Part shown: piece after piece, positions 10,190 to 20,165 of the stretch | How the letters are laid out: each line of letters opens with the position of its first letter | Position numbering within the stretch: the stretch's first letter is position 1 | Assembly: GCA_036163555.1 (NCBI GenBank) | Contig: JAYZKK010000043.1 | Location: forward strand, 877 to 64,876 | Direction of reading: 5' to 3' | DNA: 64,000 bases | DNA from: Actinomycetota bacterium | Lineage (GTDB): Bacteria; Actinomycetota; Acidimicrobiia; Acidimicrobiales; Poriferisodalaceae | Made by a program: the position numbers and the translations under genes | The notes under the pieces: model-generated | The model's input: only the letters and a program-made list of their open reading frames with translations | The model's database searches: none | Told to the model about the DNA's origin: nothing

Positions 10190-10756
10190 TCAGACTTCGA
10201 GCAACTCCTGCTCTTTAGCAGTGAGCGCACGGTCGACTTCGTCAACTGATTCTTGGGTATACCGGTCAAGGTCCTTGCTGAACCTCTCTTTATCGTCCGA
10301 AGAAATTTCTTTGTCTTTTTCGAGTGCATCTAAATCCTGCCGAGCGGAGCGCCGAAGGTTACGGATCGCAACGCGACCATCCTCAGCCATCTGTTTGACC
10401 ACTCGTACCAGATCTTGTCGACGTTCTTCGGTCAAAGGAGGAAAAACCAGGCGAACAACCTCTCCGTCGCTATTGGGGTTAATACCTAAATCCGACTCCA
10501 TCAGTGCCTTAGAGATACCTTCGATTGAGCCGCGATCAAACGGCTGCACTACGAGAACCCGCGCCTCGGGAACTGAGAAACTTGCCAGTTGCTGGAGAGG
10601 AACATCGGTCCCGTAATAGTCGACTTTAAGCTTTTCGACGAGCGCTGGGGTAGCACGCCCGGTTCGGACCGTCGCATATTCGTTTTGCGCGTGTTCGACG
10701 GCGCGCTCCATACGTTCTCGTGCATCAACACAAATTTCTTCTGCGAACTCGCTCAC
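10190..10756 (-). CDS. frr: ribosome recycling factor
   Basis: [28 protein letters not shown]. Confidence 0.98.
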   Translation of the reverse strand: MSEFAEEICVDARERMERAVEHAQNEYATVRTGRATPALVEKLKVDYYGTDVPLQQLASFSVPEARVLVVQPFDRGSIEGISKALMESDLGINPNSDGEVVRLVFPPLTEERRQDLVRVVKQMAEDGRVAIRNLRRSARQDLDALEKDKEISSDDKERFSKDLDRYTQESVDEVDRALTAKEQELLEV

Positions 10757-11499
10757 CTGACCAGCGTACCGATCGCGGCACCACCGAGTATGGACTCAAA
10801 GTTTCCACGGGTCATTAAGTCGAAAACGACTATCGGCATAACGTTGTCCTTACAAACAGCGATCGCCGCGCTATCCATCACAGCTAGTTCTCGTGAAAGC
10901 ACATCGAGGAAAGAGACTTCGTCAAGAAGCTCGGCGTTGGGATCACTGTTGGGGTCGGATGTGTAAACCCCATCAACCCCTGAATGCGTCCCCTTTAACA
11001 CCGCATCTGCATCTATCTCAGCAGCTCGCAACGCTGCGGCAGTATCTGTCGTGAAGAACGGGTTACCTGTTCCAGCAGCGAAAATAACGACGCGCCCTTT
11101 TTCCAAGTGGCGCACTGCTCGACGTCGAATGTAAGGCTCAGCAACTTGTGCCATACCAATCGCCGTCATCACCCTCGTCGGCACCTCTGCTCTTTCCAGC
11201 GCATCCTGAAGAGCTATGGCGTTGATAACCGTCGCCAACATACCCATGTGGTCCGATTGAGCTCTGTCCATGCCTCCGTCTGAACCCGACATGCCTCGCC
11301 ATATATTTCCACCACCTACAACAATGGCGATATCGACCTCATGAACTTCACGAACTGAGGCAATCTCTGAGGCCAGATTTTGGAGCACTTCACCACTTAT
11401 ATTTTCGCCCACGGGATCAGCTAACGCTTCACCTGACAGTTTCAGAACAACCCGTTTCCAGGGACATTCACCCTCCCAGCGGTGAGCCTGATCCGTCAC
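10753..11499 (-). CDS. pyrH: uridylate kinase
   Basis: [37 protein letters not shown]. Confidence 0.98.
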   Translation of the reverse strand: MTDQAHRWEGECPWKRVVLKLSGEALADPVGENISGEVLQNLASEIASVREVHEVDIAIVVGGGNIWRGMSGSDGGMDRAQSDHMGMLATVINAIALQDALERAEVPTRVMTAIGMAQVAEPYIRRRAVRHLEKGRVVIFAAGTGNPFFTTDTAAALRAAEIDADAVLKGTHSGVDGVYTSDPNSDPNAELLDEVSFLDVLSRELAVMDSAAIAVCKDNVMPIVVFDLMTRGNFESILGGAAIGTLVR

Positions 11500-11500
11500 G

Positions 11501-12295
11501 TCAGCTACCTATCTCCACCTGGACAAATCGACTGACCGTTGAATCCGCAAGCAGTTCTGAGATCGCTACTTTTTCGTCCTTCACAAACTTTTGCTCCAAG
11601 AGAGCCGCATCTCGGAAGAAACCATCCATTCGACCGTCGACAATCTTGGGTATCGCTTGCTCCGGTTTACCTTCGTTGCGAGAGATGTTTTCAAGTGTCT
11701 CACGTTCCGCCGCCACCACTTCCGGTGGAACATCATCTCTACTTAGATATTTGGGTCGGCTACTTGCGATATGTAAAGCAACATCATGTGCTATCTCAGG
11801 GTCCCCATTACTTACTTCAACCAGTACGGCATTAACCCCTCGTCCATTTTGTTGGTGAACGTATGCGTCAAGCACTGAACCGGGACTTGCCTGGTATCTA
11901 ATTACTTGACCCAAATCAATGTTCTCTTTAAGGGTTATTTTCATGTTCTCAAGCTCAGTGGCACTCTCAGAAACAGCATCTTCTCCATGAGCTAAGACCG
12001 ATGCAAGAATATTTTCAGCCAGCTCGCCGAATTGGTCAGATTTAGCCACGAAATCTGTCTCACACTTCAACTCCACGATCGCAGCAATATCGCCTGCAAC
12101 CCGCGCTACAACAATTCCTTCGCTGTTGTCTCTATCGGACTGGCTGGCACTCTTCGCTATCCCGTTTTCTCTGAGCCACTGCGCTGCGGCTTCGGGATCT
12201 CCATCATTTTCAACCAGGGCCTTCTTGGCATCCATCATGCCAGCGCCAGTCGATTGACGAAGAGCTTGAACGTCCTTGGCGGTGAAATCTGCCAT
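11501..12295 (-). CDS. tsf: elongation factor Ts
   Basis: [26 protein letters not shown]. Confidence 0.98.
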   Translation of the reverse strand: MADFTAKDVQALRQSTGAGMMDAKKALVENDGDPEAAAQWLRENGIAKSASQSDRDNSEGIVVARVAGDIAAIVELKCETDFVAKSDQFGELAENILASVLAHGEDAVSESATELENMKITLKENIDLGQVIRYQASPGSVLDAYVHQQNGRGVNAVLVEVSNGDPEIAHDVALHIASSRPKYLSRDDVPPEVVAAERETLENISRNEGKPEQAIPKIVDGRMDGFFRDAALLEQKFVKDEKVAISELLADSTVSRFVQVEIGS

Positions 12296-12331
12296 TGGAT
12301 CTGGTGCACCTCTTTTTTCGGTATTAGCGGA

Positions 12332-13276
12332 CTAGTTTTCCTCGTTCGTTTCCGACGAGTCTTCGGTTGTTGCTTCTTCGACAACTTTCACTTCTTCTTC
12401 AGATGCCACCTCTGCTGGAGGGTCGACGACCGGGGTAGCTTGGGCAGCTTGCTCTGCTGCCATTCGAGCCTCCCGCGCTGCAGCCTCGGCGAGTGCCTTT
12501 TGCGCAGCTTCGGCTTGTTCAACCGACACCCGCGCTTCTTGTTCAGGACTACGTTCTCCTGAGGCACTGGCTACTACACCCTTGCTTTCGGCAATGTATC
12601 GACCTTCACGAACCGCGTCAGCTATGACTCGGGTCAGCAACTCTGTACTTCGGATCGCGTCATCATTTCCAGGGATTACATAATCAATTAAATCAGGGTC
12701 GCTGTTGGAGTCTGCGACAGCGACGACTGGGAGTTTCAGGCGGTTGGCCTCAGCAACAGCTATGTGTTCTTTCGGTGTGTCAAGCACAAACACTGCTTGG
12801 GGCAGCTTGTCCATGTTGCGCAGTCCATCAAGATTTCGTTGAAGCTTGGTCAGTTCCCGAGTCAGGAGCAAAGCCTCTTTTTTGGGCATGTTGTCGAAGT
12901 CACCGGCTGCCTGCATCCGTTCGTACTCGAGCATTTTGTCAACCCGACCTCGAATGGTTCTGAAGTTAGTGAGCATGCCTCCGAGCCATCTTTGATTCAC
13001 ATACGGCATACCTGAGGCTTTGGCGTATGTTTCGATTGGGTCTTGAGCCTGTTTCTTTGTGCCAACGAACAGCAAGGTTCCACCCTTGGCGACGGTATCG
13101 CGCACATAGGTGTAAGCACTGTCCAGCAAACCGATCGTCTGTTCAAGGTCGATGATGTAAATACCATTACGTTCGCCCCACAGGTAGCGATCCATCTTGG
13201 GGTTCCATCGTCGAGTTTGATGGCCGAAGTGAACGCCCGCCTTGAGCAGATCTGACATGGTTACGACTGCAGCCAT
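12332..13276 (-). CDS. rpsB: 30S ribosomal protein S2
   Basis: [35 protein letters not shown]; start placed at ATG 13276 after GGGGGAG. Confidence 0.98.
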   Translation of the reverse strand: MAAVVTMSDLLKAGVHFGHQTRRWNPKMDRYLWGERNGIYIIDLEQTIGLLDSAYTYVRDTVAKGGTLLFVGTKKQAQDPIETYAKASGMPYVNQRWLGGMLTNFRTIRGRVDKMLEYERMQAAGDFDNMPKKEALLLTRELTKLQRNLDGLRNMDKLPQAVFVLDTPKEHIAVAEANRLKLPVVAVADSNSDPDLIDYVIPGNDDAIRSTELLTRVIADAVREGRYIAESKGVVASASGERSPEQEARVSVEQAEAAQKALAEAAAREARMAAEQAAQATPVVDPPAEVASEEEVKVVEEATTEDSSETNEEN

Positions 13277-13397
13277 GATTTCTCCCCCCACGGTTAGATT
13301 GCTGCACCGAGATCGACACCGTGTTAAGACGGCGACCGTGAGGTCGTCTCAGCTGTGAGTGATAGCGGGCCCAAATCGGACCCGACGGTGAAGTCTA
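13277..13397 (-). promoter_or_regulatory. putative rpsB promoter (-10 TAGACT) and structured 5' leader (possible S2 autoregulatory leader)
   Basis: TAGACT at 13392-13397; hairpin cgggtcc-gattt-gggcccg near the 5' end; TAACC just before the SD. rpsB leaders are often S2-regulated, but no covariance model was run. Confidence 0.4.
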
Positions 13398-13443
13398 GCG
13401 ACGCAGCTACTAAAGCGGTCGCTGAGAGAGCACCGATTGATGG

Positions 13444-14343
13444 CTACCCGCGGGGGTGATGTTTTTTGTGCGTTTCTCGAAGCTGTTCTTTACTCACGTG
13501 AGTGTAAATCTGAGTCGTTGTTAAGTCAGCGTGGCCGAGTAACTCTTGAACCGCCCTCAGATCGCCACCCCCATCAAGGAGGTGGGTCGCATAGGTGTGA
13601 CGGAACGCATGAGGTGACCTCTCCGCCAGACCCTTTGCCTTCAGCAGCCGGTGCAAGATCCGCCTTACATCACTGCGTCCAATTCTGTTTCCTCTCTGGT
13701 TGACGAACAATGCCTGTGAGTTCCTCCCATGAGGCGTATGGTCAGCATCAAAGGTCTTACTTCCTCGGGGAATCCATAATTCAAGTAGGTCACGCGTAAT
13801 CGCATTAATGGGAATCAAGCGGTTCTTTGAGCCCTTACCGGTAACTTCCATGGTCAACTTCTCAAGGTTCAGACTGTCTTCATTGAGGCCACAAAGTTCT
13901 GCCACCCTCAACCCTGAGCCGTACAGGAGTTCAATAATCAGGCGATCGCGAAGATCAAAAGCATTCTGTGGTGTCTCTTCGTCGAATAGCTGATCGATTT
14001 CCGAGCGCTGCAATGGTCGGGGAAGCCTCTGGGCTCCTTTAGGGGTCCTGACTTTAACCGTCGGGTCCTTAGCGACCAGTTTGTTCTTCAACAACCACTG
14101 GTAATACCGGCGCAAAGCGGAAATACGGCGAGCCATTGTTTTCTGCGCGCGTCCGTTGTTCTGCATGCCGGCGATCCAACTGTCCACTTGATTACGACTG
14201 ATGGCTTTGGGGGTCCGGTAGCCACTTTCTTCACTCCATTGAATGAAATCGTTCAAGTCTTGTTTGTAGGCCTTAACGGTCGCTGATGAAGCACCTGTCA
14301 AGAAGCGAAGAAACTCATCAACATTCCAGGCGTCTCGACTCAC
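13444..14343 (-). CDS. xerC: tyrosine recombinase XerC
   Basis: LLYGSGLRVAEL, GKGSKNR, PHAFRHTYATHLL, VQELLGH..TTQIYTH; upstream of rpsB as in Actinobacteria; likely GTG start at 14343 (ORF track extends to 14415). Confidence 0.88.
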   Translation of the reverse strand: MSRDAWNVDEFLRFLTGASSATVKAYKQDLNDFIQWSEESGYRTPKAISRNQVDSWIAGMQNNGRAQKTMARRISALRRYYQWLLKNKLVAKDPTVKVRTPKGAQRLPRPLQRSEIDQLFDEETPQNAFDLRDRLIIELLYGSGLRVAELCGLNEDSLNLEKLTMEVTGKGSKNRLIPINAITRDLLELWIPRGSKTFDADHTPHGRNSQALFVNQRGNRIGRSDVRRILHRLLKAKGLAERSPHAFRHTYATHLLDGGGDLRAVQELLGHADLTTTQIYTHVSKEQLRETHKKHHPRG

Positions 14344-14498
14344 ACAATGAACGGTACCGACAGAGACGACATTCAGCGGACCATCTGCATCACAGATAAT
14401 CGCATCGGTGCACATTGTTCGAGCGACGAAGCGGAATGCAAGATGAACTTGTGCAGCAATTGACCAATTGCTGGCTCCGATAGGTGCATACTGCGGCT

Positions 14499-14609
14499 AT
14501 GGGTTATAACCCTTACCGAAAGCACACCGCAACGCAGTTGGATTACGTACTCGTGGTATGCGCAGGTCTTATTGCTATTGGTTTCGTTATTTGGGGTCTT
14601 TTCGGGTAG
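14499..14609 (+). CDS. 36-aa single-pass membrane microprotein (not in the ORF track)
   Basis: MGYNPYRKHTATQLDYVLVVCAGLIAIGFVIWGLFG*; -10-like CATACT 6 nt before the ATG; stop codon overlaps the AGGAG SD of the next gene. Confidence 0.7.
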   Translation: MGYNPYRKHTATQLDYVLVVCAGLIAIGFVIWGLFG

Positions 14610-14617
14610 GAGCCACA

Positions 14618-14827
14618 GTGTTTGATCTGGAGCCTGAAGATGGTTACGAGGTGCGCCGAATTCAGCCATATCAGGCGACCAAGACTTACCTTTGCCCTGG
14701 CTGTAACAGGGACCTTCCGCCAGGACTCGGACATATGGTCGCGATTCCTCTAGACGCACCCGATCTCAGGCGCCATTGGCACTTCGGCTGCTGGCGGGCC
14801 CGTCATAGACGAACACCGCGGGGCTAG
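14618..14827 (+). CDS. small C-x2-C..H-x2-C zinc-finger protein, 69 aa
   Basis: KTYLCPGC...RRHWHFGCW; GTG 14618 preceded by AGGAG (ORF track starts at 14558). Confidence 0.8.
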   Translation: MFDLEPEDGYEVRRIQPYQATKTYLCPGCNRDLPPGLGHMVAIPLDAPDLRRHWHFGCWRARHRRTPRG

Positions 14828-14852
14828 ACCTTAAGAGACAATCTGTCCTTAG

Positions 14853-15197
14853 TTAGTAACGCTTTTCTTTTACGCGAGCTGCTTTACCAATGCGGTCACG
14901 CAAGTAATACAACTTCGAACGGCGGACATCGCCTACCGCGACGCGTTCTATCTTGGCAACTGTCGGAGCATGCAGAGGAAAGGTTCGTTCAACTCCAACA
15001 CCAAAACTCAGTTTCCGAACAGTGAAAGATTCTCTAATTCCTGAACCGCGTCGAGCTATGACGTACCCCTCAAAAAGCTGTGTTCTTTCACGGTTACCTT
15101 CGACCACCCGCACGTGAACCTTTACCGTGTCACCTGGGCCGAACTCAGGGTGGTCGGTTCTTAGTTGGGCTTGATCTACAAGATCGGTGCTGTGCAT
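14853..15197 (-). CDS. rplS: 50S ribosomal protein L19
   Basis: [37 protein letters not shown]. Confidence 0.98.
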   Translation of the reverse strand: MHSTDLVDQAQLRTDHPEFGPGDTVKVHVRVVEGNRERTQLFEGYVIARRGSGIRESFTVRKLSFGVGVERTFPLHAPTVAKIERVAVGDVRRSKLYYLRDRIGKAARVKEKRY

Positions 15198-15318
15198 GGC
15201 GCACTTGCTCCTGGTGTGGGGTTCCGATTGAGGAACGATGGTGGGGCGGTGCCGCTATCTGCCTTCAGTAAAGACTGCAGGTATCGCAGCTAGAACGAAT
15301 CACAATGCTAGCGGCCTG

Positions 15319-16062
15319 TTACTCCGAAACGAAGCGGTCATGGATGCTTATATCGAACTCGGCTAATAGGGCAAGCTCATCTTGTGAAACTCCTCGACGT
15401 TCGAGAAGGTCAGGTCGGAGCTCTGCCGTGCGAGCTATGGCCATCGCTAGCCGCCATCTTTCAACACGACCATGATCACCACTGACAAGGATTTCAGGCA
15501 CTTTCAGAGCACGAAACTCAGCGGGTCGCGTCCATTGTGGATATTCGAGCAGATCACCGTCAAAACTCTCTTCGGTGGTTGAGGAGTCATTTCCAAGAAT
15601 TCCCGGTATGAGGCGAGCAACAGTCTCAATGACCACCATCGCCGCAAATTCTCCACCTGCAAGCACAAAGTCACCGATTGAGAGTTCCTCGTCAACAAGG
15701 TTGTCTCTAATCCGTTCATCCACTCCTTCATATCGTCCACATAGAAGCGAAAACCCCTCCATGCCAGCCAACTCCACGGCCTTTTTCTGGTCAAAACTTG
15801 CCCCACCTGGATCAAGCAAGATCAGTGGTCTATGAGGATCGACTGCTTCCACCGCTCCGAACACGGGTTCCGGCTTCAGAACCATCCCTGCTCCTCCCCC
15901 AAACGGTTTGTCGTCAACCGTTTTATGAGCATCTGTCGCGGTCATTCTCAGATCGTGAACGCGAAGATCCAGCAGTCCAGTTTGTTGGCCTCTACCCAAA
16001 ACACTAAGCGTCGCCATTTCCTCAACCGCGTCTGGGAAAATCGTAAAAACATCTATGCGCAT
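15319..16062 (-). CDS. trmD: tRNA (guanine-N1)-methyltransferase
   Basis: VDDKPFGGGAGM, CGRYEGVDER, SIGDFVLAGGE; start MRIDVFTIFP at 16062. Confidence 0.97.
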   Translation of the reverse strand: MRIDVFTIFPDAVEEMATLSVLGRGQQTGLLDLRVHDLRMTATDAHKTVDDKPFGGGAGMVLKPEPVFGAVEAVDPHRPLILLDPGGASFDQKKAVELAGMEGFSLLCGRYEGVDERIRDNLVDEELSIGDFVLAGGEFAAMVVIETVARLIPGILGNDSSTTEESFDGDLLEYPQWTRPAEFRALKVPEILVSGDHGRVERWRLAMAIARTAELRPDLLERRGVSQDELALLAEFDISIHDRFVSE

Positions 16063-16066
16063 CTCG

Positions 16067-16543
16067 TTAACCCAAATCAAACAAACCGTCTGGTACATCA
16101 ACGGTAACTACGTTCCCTGCGAACTCAGTAACAAATGTAAGCGGTATTAAATGCCCGGTATCTAACTCAAGAAGATCAGAGGCTGGGTTGGCTACCACGG
16201 CGGCTACTGTTCCACGGTCGGTCCCGTCGAGTTCGCGAACGATCGAGCCAATCAGTTCGTGGACCCAGAGAACATCAGAGTCATGAAGGGGAGAGGCTTT
16301 CAGAACTAGCCCACGTAAGGTCTCAGCTTGAGTCCGAGTCTCGATACCGTCAAACTGCACCAACCAACGATCTTGATGCGGGCGGGCCGCTCCAACAACC
16401 AGCTCCCCTAACGGGCTCAGCAACGCACTTCCTGGGTCGAGCCGTTCGACTCTGTTAGTAATAAGTCGGACGACTACCTCGCCGTTCGTTCCGTGAGCCC
16501 GACCGATAGTTCCGATTTCGAGTAGTTCCTCAGCATGTGACAT
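16067..16543 (-). CDS. rimM: ribosome maturation factor RimM
   Basis: IGTIGRAHGTNGEV, PRC-barrel C-terminus; rpsP-khpA-rimM-trmD synteny. Confidence 0.93.
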   Translation of the reverse strand: MSHAEELLEIGTIGRAHGTNGEVVVRLITNRVERLDPGSALLSPLGELVVGAARPHQDRWLVQFDGIETRTQAETLRGLVLKASPLHDSDVLWVHELIGSIVRELDGTDRGTVAAVVANPASDLLELDTGHLIPLTFVTEFAGNVVTVDVPDGLFDLG

Positions 16544-16574
16544 TGCTTGGCTCGCTACCTAGCTGAATCTGATT

Positions 16575-16829
16575 TCAGTCGCTGAAGTCGACCTCAACAT
16601 CAACGCCGTCCTTGACCGCTGCTGCCCTAACCAACGTACGAATTGAGTTAGCTACACGGCCACGTTTTCCTATTACTCGGCCAATGTCTTCCGAGCTCAC
16701 TTTGGCCATAAGACTGATCTTCGTATCGCTCTCTTCAATCTCGAGCTCAACCTGATCGGGGTGCTCGACGAGCTGGGCAATGAGGTAGAGAAGCACCTCT
16801 TCGGCAGTAGTGCCTTCTGGTTCTGTCAT
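16575..16829 (-). CDS. khpA: KH-domain RNA-binding protein KhpA
   Basis: [20 protein letters not shown]; lies between rpsP and rimM. Confidence 0.92.
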   Translation of the reverse strand: MTEPEGTTAEEVLLYLIAQLVEHPDQVELEIEESDTKISLMAKVSSEDIGRVIGKRGRVANSIRTLVRAAAVKDGVDVEVDFSD

Positions 16830-17350
16830 GACTGCTCCTCATCTTCACCGTCAGATACTGAATCGGCTTCGTCGTCGGCGGATTTGTCATCTTCGACAAC
16901 CGCTACTTCGTCGTCGGTCGATACATCATCTTCGACAACCGCTACTTCGTCGTCTTGTGAAGTTTCCTCGATGTCTGCGTCTTCGCTTTTAGCTTCATCG
17001 GAGTCATTCGACTCAGACACCGGTGCACTGGGTTCCGATTTCTTCATGGAAGATTTCGTCTTCGGGGCCGGCGGGACCGGTGGCACGAATTGTTCGCCTT
17101 TGTAGTCGGCCCAGGCACCTGAGATCTTTAGAAGTTTTTCAACGGTTTCGCTGGGCTGTGCTCCGTTTTGGAGCCAATGAACGGCACGTTCATTGTCGAT
17201 CTTCACAACGGACGGTTCCAGCCGAGGCTGATAGGTACCAATAATCTCAATAAAACGCCCGTTTCGCGGCGATCTGCTATCAGCTGCAACAACTCGATAG
17301 GTTGGTTGCTTTTTCTTGCCCATGCGCATTAGACGCAGTCGTACGGCCAT
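16826..17350 (-). CDS. rpsP: 30S ribosomal protein S16 with acidic C-terminal extension
   Basis: [43 protein letters not shown]. Confidence 0.98.
   Translation of the reverse strand: MAVRLRLMRMGKKKQPTYRVVAADSRSPRNGRFIEIIGTYQPRLEPSVVKIDNERAVHWLQNGAQPSETVEKLLKISGAWADYKGEQFVPPVPPAPKTKSSMKKSEPSAPVSESNDSDEAKSEDADIEETSQDDEVAVVEDDVSTDDEVAVVEDDKSADDEADSVSDGEDEEQS
16887..16954. repeat. 29-bp direct repeat (39-bp period) in the rpsP tail
   Basis: tcatcttcgacaaccgctacttcgtcgtc at 16887-16915 and 16926-16954; encodes [10 protein letters not shown] twice. Confidence 0.9.
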
Positions 17351-17511
17351 AGTTATTTAGGTCTCTCCGGGGTCATCTTGTCGAACTAGTTCACCACTCG
17401 GCGTCGCCGTCCCGAGGGTCGGTGGAGCGGTAAGGGAAGGCATTGCTTTAAGCCAGTAGGAAAGCCTATCGGTCTGGGGACCGAACGAACACGCTGAACG
17501 CCAAGGTCATC

Positions 17512-18951
17512 TCATTGACCCGGGAGCGTGAGGTCAAGATCAGCTATGTCGAGCTTTGGCACATTGGGGTCGCCCTTAGGTTGAACTCGACTATTTCCAG
17601 CCTTCTTAGAACCCTTTTTCCCCTTCTTTGCCTTCTTTCCTTTCGATTTACGTGAATTGGTCTTAGACCCTAGACCAGCCATACCTTTCATCGTCTTACG
17701 CATCTCTTTGAACTGTTTGAGCAAGTTACTGACTTGGGCCGGTGTCGTACCACTCCCGTCAGCTATCCGAGCTCGGCGAGAACCGTCAACAACATCAGGG
17801 TTGCTGCGCTCATTTGGGGTCATCGAAAGAACGATCGCTTCCAACCGATCGATTTCCCTTTCATCGATACTTGCGTCCTTCATTTCCTTCGGTACCCCAG
17901 GCATCATCGACATGATGCTTGAGAGGTCTCCCATTTGCCGTACTTGGCGAAGTTGGTCAACGAAATCATCAAGCGTAAAAGTTCCTTCAAGGAGCCTCTG
18001 GGCTGCTTCTTCAGCCGCTTCTTGTTCGAAAACTTCCTCGGCCTTTTCGATAAGCGTCAGAACATCACCCATTCCGAGGATGCGTTCAGCCATCCGGCCG
18101 GGATGAAACTGGTCAAAATCTTCAAGCTTCTCGCCGGTCGAAGCAAAAGCTATGGGTCGGCCCACCACTTCCTTAACCGAAAGGGCAGCGCCGCCTCGGG
18201 CATCACCGTCAAGTTTGGTGAGGATGATCCCGTCTAACTCGAGAGTCGCGTGGAACGCTTCAGCAGTGTTAACCGCATCTTGACCTGTCATCGCGTCGAC
18301 CACTAGGAAAGTGTGGTCAGGCTCTACCGCATCAGAGATCTGCGCGATCTCATCCATTAACGCACTGTCAATCGTTAAACGGCCTGCTGTGTCAACAATG
18401 AGAACGTCTCGCCCGGTTAGATGTGCTTCCTCCAAGGCTTTTCGTGCCGCATCTATGGCGTTCGTCGCGGAACTGGAAACAGGAACGTCTATCTGTTGAG
18501 CCAGCGTCTTCAACTGTTCAACAGCAGCCGGACGTTGTAGGTCAGCTCCGACAAGCAGGGGGTTTCTTCCTTGAGATTTAAACCATCGAGCCAATTTCGC
18601 TGACGATGTGGTTTTTCCTGAACCCTGCAAGCCAGCCATGAGGACGACGGTCGGGGGGTTCTGTGAATAAGAGACTTGAAAGGATTCGCCACCCAAGATT
18701 GTCGTGAGTTCCTCATTTACGATCTTCACGACCTGTTGTCCCGGAGTCAAGCTCTGCCTGACTTCGCTATCAAGACATCGGGTTTGGGTCCGCTCCACGA
18801 AACGTTTTACGACGTTGAAGTGAACGTCGGCTTCTAATAGAGCCAGGCGAATTTCACGCATGGCTTCGGCCACATCGCTCTCATTCAGGCGACCTTTTCC
18901 TTTTAGGCGGCCAAGAATTCCATCGAAACGGTCTGTAAGTGATTCGAACAT
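17512..18951 (-). CDS. ffh: signal recognition particle protein Ffh
   Basis: GLQGSGKTT, DTAGR, TKLDGDARGGAALS, M-domain SRRARIADGSG. Confidence 0.98.
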   Translation of the reverse strand: MFESLTDRFDGILGRLKGKGRLNESDVAEAMREIRLALLEADVHFNVVKRFVERTQTRCLDSEVRQSLTPGQQVVKIVNEELTTILGGESFQVSYSQNPPTVVLMAGLQGSGKTTSSAKLARWFKSQGRNPLLVGADLQRPAAVEQLKTLAQQIDVPVSSSATNAIDAARKALEEAHLTGRDVLIVDTAGRLTIDSALMDEIAQISDAVEPDHTFLVVDAMTGQDAVNTAEAFHATLELDGIILTKLDGDARGGAALSVKEVVGRPIAFASTGEKLEDFDQFHPGRMAERILGMGDVLTLIEKAEEVFEQEAAEEAAQRLLEGTFTLDDFVDQLRQVRQMGDLSSIMSMMPGVPKEMKDASIDEREIDRLEAIVLSMTPNERSNPDVVDGSRRARIADGSGTTPAQVSNLLKQFKEMRKTMKGMAGLGSKTNSRKSKGKKAKKGKKGSKKAGNSRVQPKGDPNVPKLDIADLDLTLPGQ

Positions 18952-18999
18952 AGGCTTGGTCAGGTTATCTGCCCTGGTCTGTTGCTCTTGTCGAGGTTT

Positions 19000-20118
19000 C
19001 TAATCATCGCCAAACAGTGCGTCTACGAATGACCCCGGGTCGAAATCGACCAAGTCAAGGTCACCTTCTCCTAACCCGACCAGCTTCACTGGCAAATCCA
19101 GTTCCCTTTCAACCGCAAAAACAATCCCGCCCTTCGCGGAACCATCAAGCTTGGTAAGGACAACTCCCGTTACACCTACAGCCTCAGTGAACTCTTTGGC
19201 TTGCTTGAGTCCGTTCTGGCCTGTCGTTGCATCGATCACCAACAGGACTTCGGAGACTTCACCCGACTCGCGATCCGCCACTCGCCGAACTTTCGCGAGC
19301 TCCTCCATCAGATTCACTTTGTTGTGAAGACGTCCCGCTGTGTCTGCAAGGACAATGTCAATTTCGCGAGCTAGAGCAGCTTCAGCCGAGTCGTAAATGA
19401 CTGAACTCGGATCAGCACCCTCGTTTCCACGAACGAAATCGGCGCCGCAACTACGAGCCCATTTTTCAAGTTGTTCAGCGGCAGCAGCTCGAAATGTGTC
19501 GCCTGCCGCGAGCAACACACTCAAGCCATCATCAGTCAGTCTGCGCGCAACTTTGCCGATCGACGTCGTTTTTCCTGCACCGTTAACTCCAACAAAGAGC
19601 CAAACAGGTACTGTCCCTTGCGACGCAGTCAACGACAACTTTCTATCTCTGCGAAGATCGCTTTTCATCTGCGCCTTCAAAGCCTCAAGTAAATCGGTTC
19701 CTTTTTCTAGCTTCTCCGCTTCAGCCCTATCTCGAAGCCTGTTGACCAAGTCCAACGTGGTGTCCACTCCAACATCAGCCAGTATCAATATTTCTTCGAG
19801 CTCTTCCCACATCGAAGAATCAACTGGCCCTCCACGAATGCCGCTTAGCCGAGATGAAATCATTCCCCGTGCTTTAGACAATCGTTCCCGCATCGAACCG
19901 GGAGAAACGCTCTCCTCTTGGGCTGAAGTCTCTCTTGTCTCGCGAACCTCCTCACGGTCGTCTGACTGTTGGAAGGCACCATGTTCTTCTAATTCAGTTC
20001 GTATCGAACGAGTTGGCCGGCTCCGCTGGCTATTCGTCCAGGTTCGATGAACCCAAGGCAAAAGGGCCAGTGCCAGCATCACCGCAATAAAAACAATTAT
20101 GAGTAAGGACGTATTCAC
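19000..20118 (-). CDS. ftsY: SRP receptor FtsY with N-terminal membrane anchor
   Basis: GVNGAGKTT, DTFRAAA, DTAGRLH, TKLDGSAKGG. Confidence 0.97.
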   Translation of the reverse strand: MNTSLLIIVFIAVMLALALLPWVHRTWTNSQRSRPTRSIRTELEEHGAFQQSDDREEVRETRETSAQEESVSPGSMRERLSKARGMISSRLSGIRGGPVDSSMWEELEEILILADVGVDTTLDLVNRLRDRAEAEKLEKGTDLLEALKAQMKSDLRRDRKLSLTASQGTVPVWLFVGVNGAGKTTSIGKVARRLTDDGLSVLLAAGDTFRAAAAEQLEKWARSCGADFVRGNEGADPSSVIYDSAEAALAREIDIVLADTAGRLHNKVNLMEELAKVRRVADRESGEVSEVLLVIDATTGQNGLKQAKEFTEAVGVTGVVLTKLDGSAKGGIVFAVERELDLPVKLVGLGEGDLDLVDFDPGSFVDALFGDD

Positions 20119-20165
20119 CGTGACTGAAAGCTACAAAACAATTCAAGACTTCGTTGGCATCGAAG

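Noticed and set aside
13444-14343. Tyrosine recombinase as an integrase of a prophage or island
   Set aside because: XerC-like length and motifs at the conserved actinobacterial position next to rpsB; no att sites, tRNA or cargo genes
14481-14512. dif-like site (GGTGCATAC..TATGGGTTAT) and palindrome GGGTTATAACCC near xerC
   Set aside because: CATA-TATG spacing is 7 rather than 8 and there is no good XerD arm; better explained as the -10 box and start of the 36-aa ORF
17381-17394. LexA box-like TCGAACTAGTTCAC upstream of rpsP
   Set aside because: GAAC-GTTC spacing is 2 rather than 4
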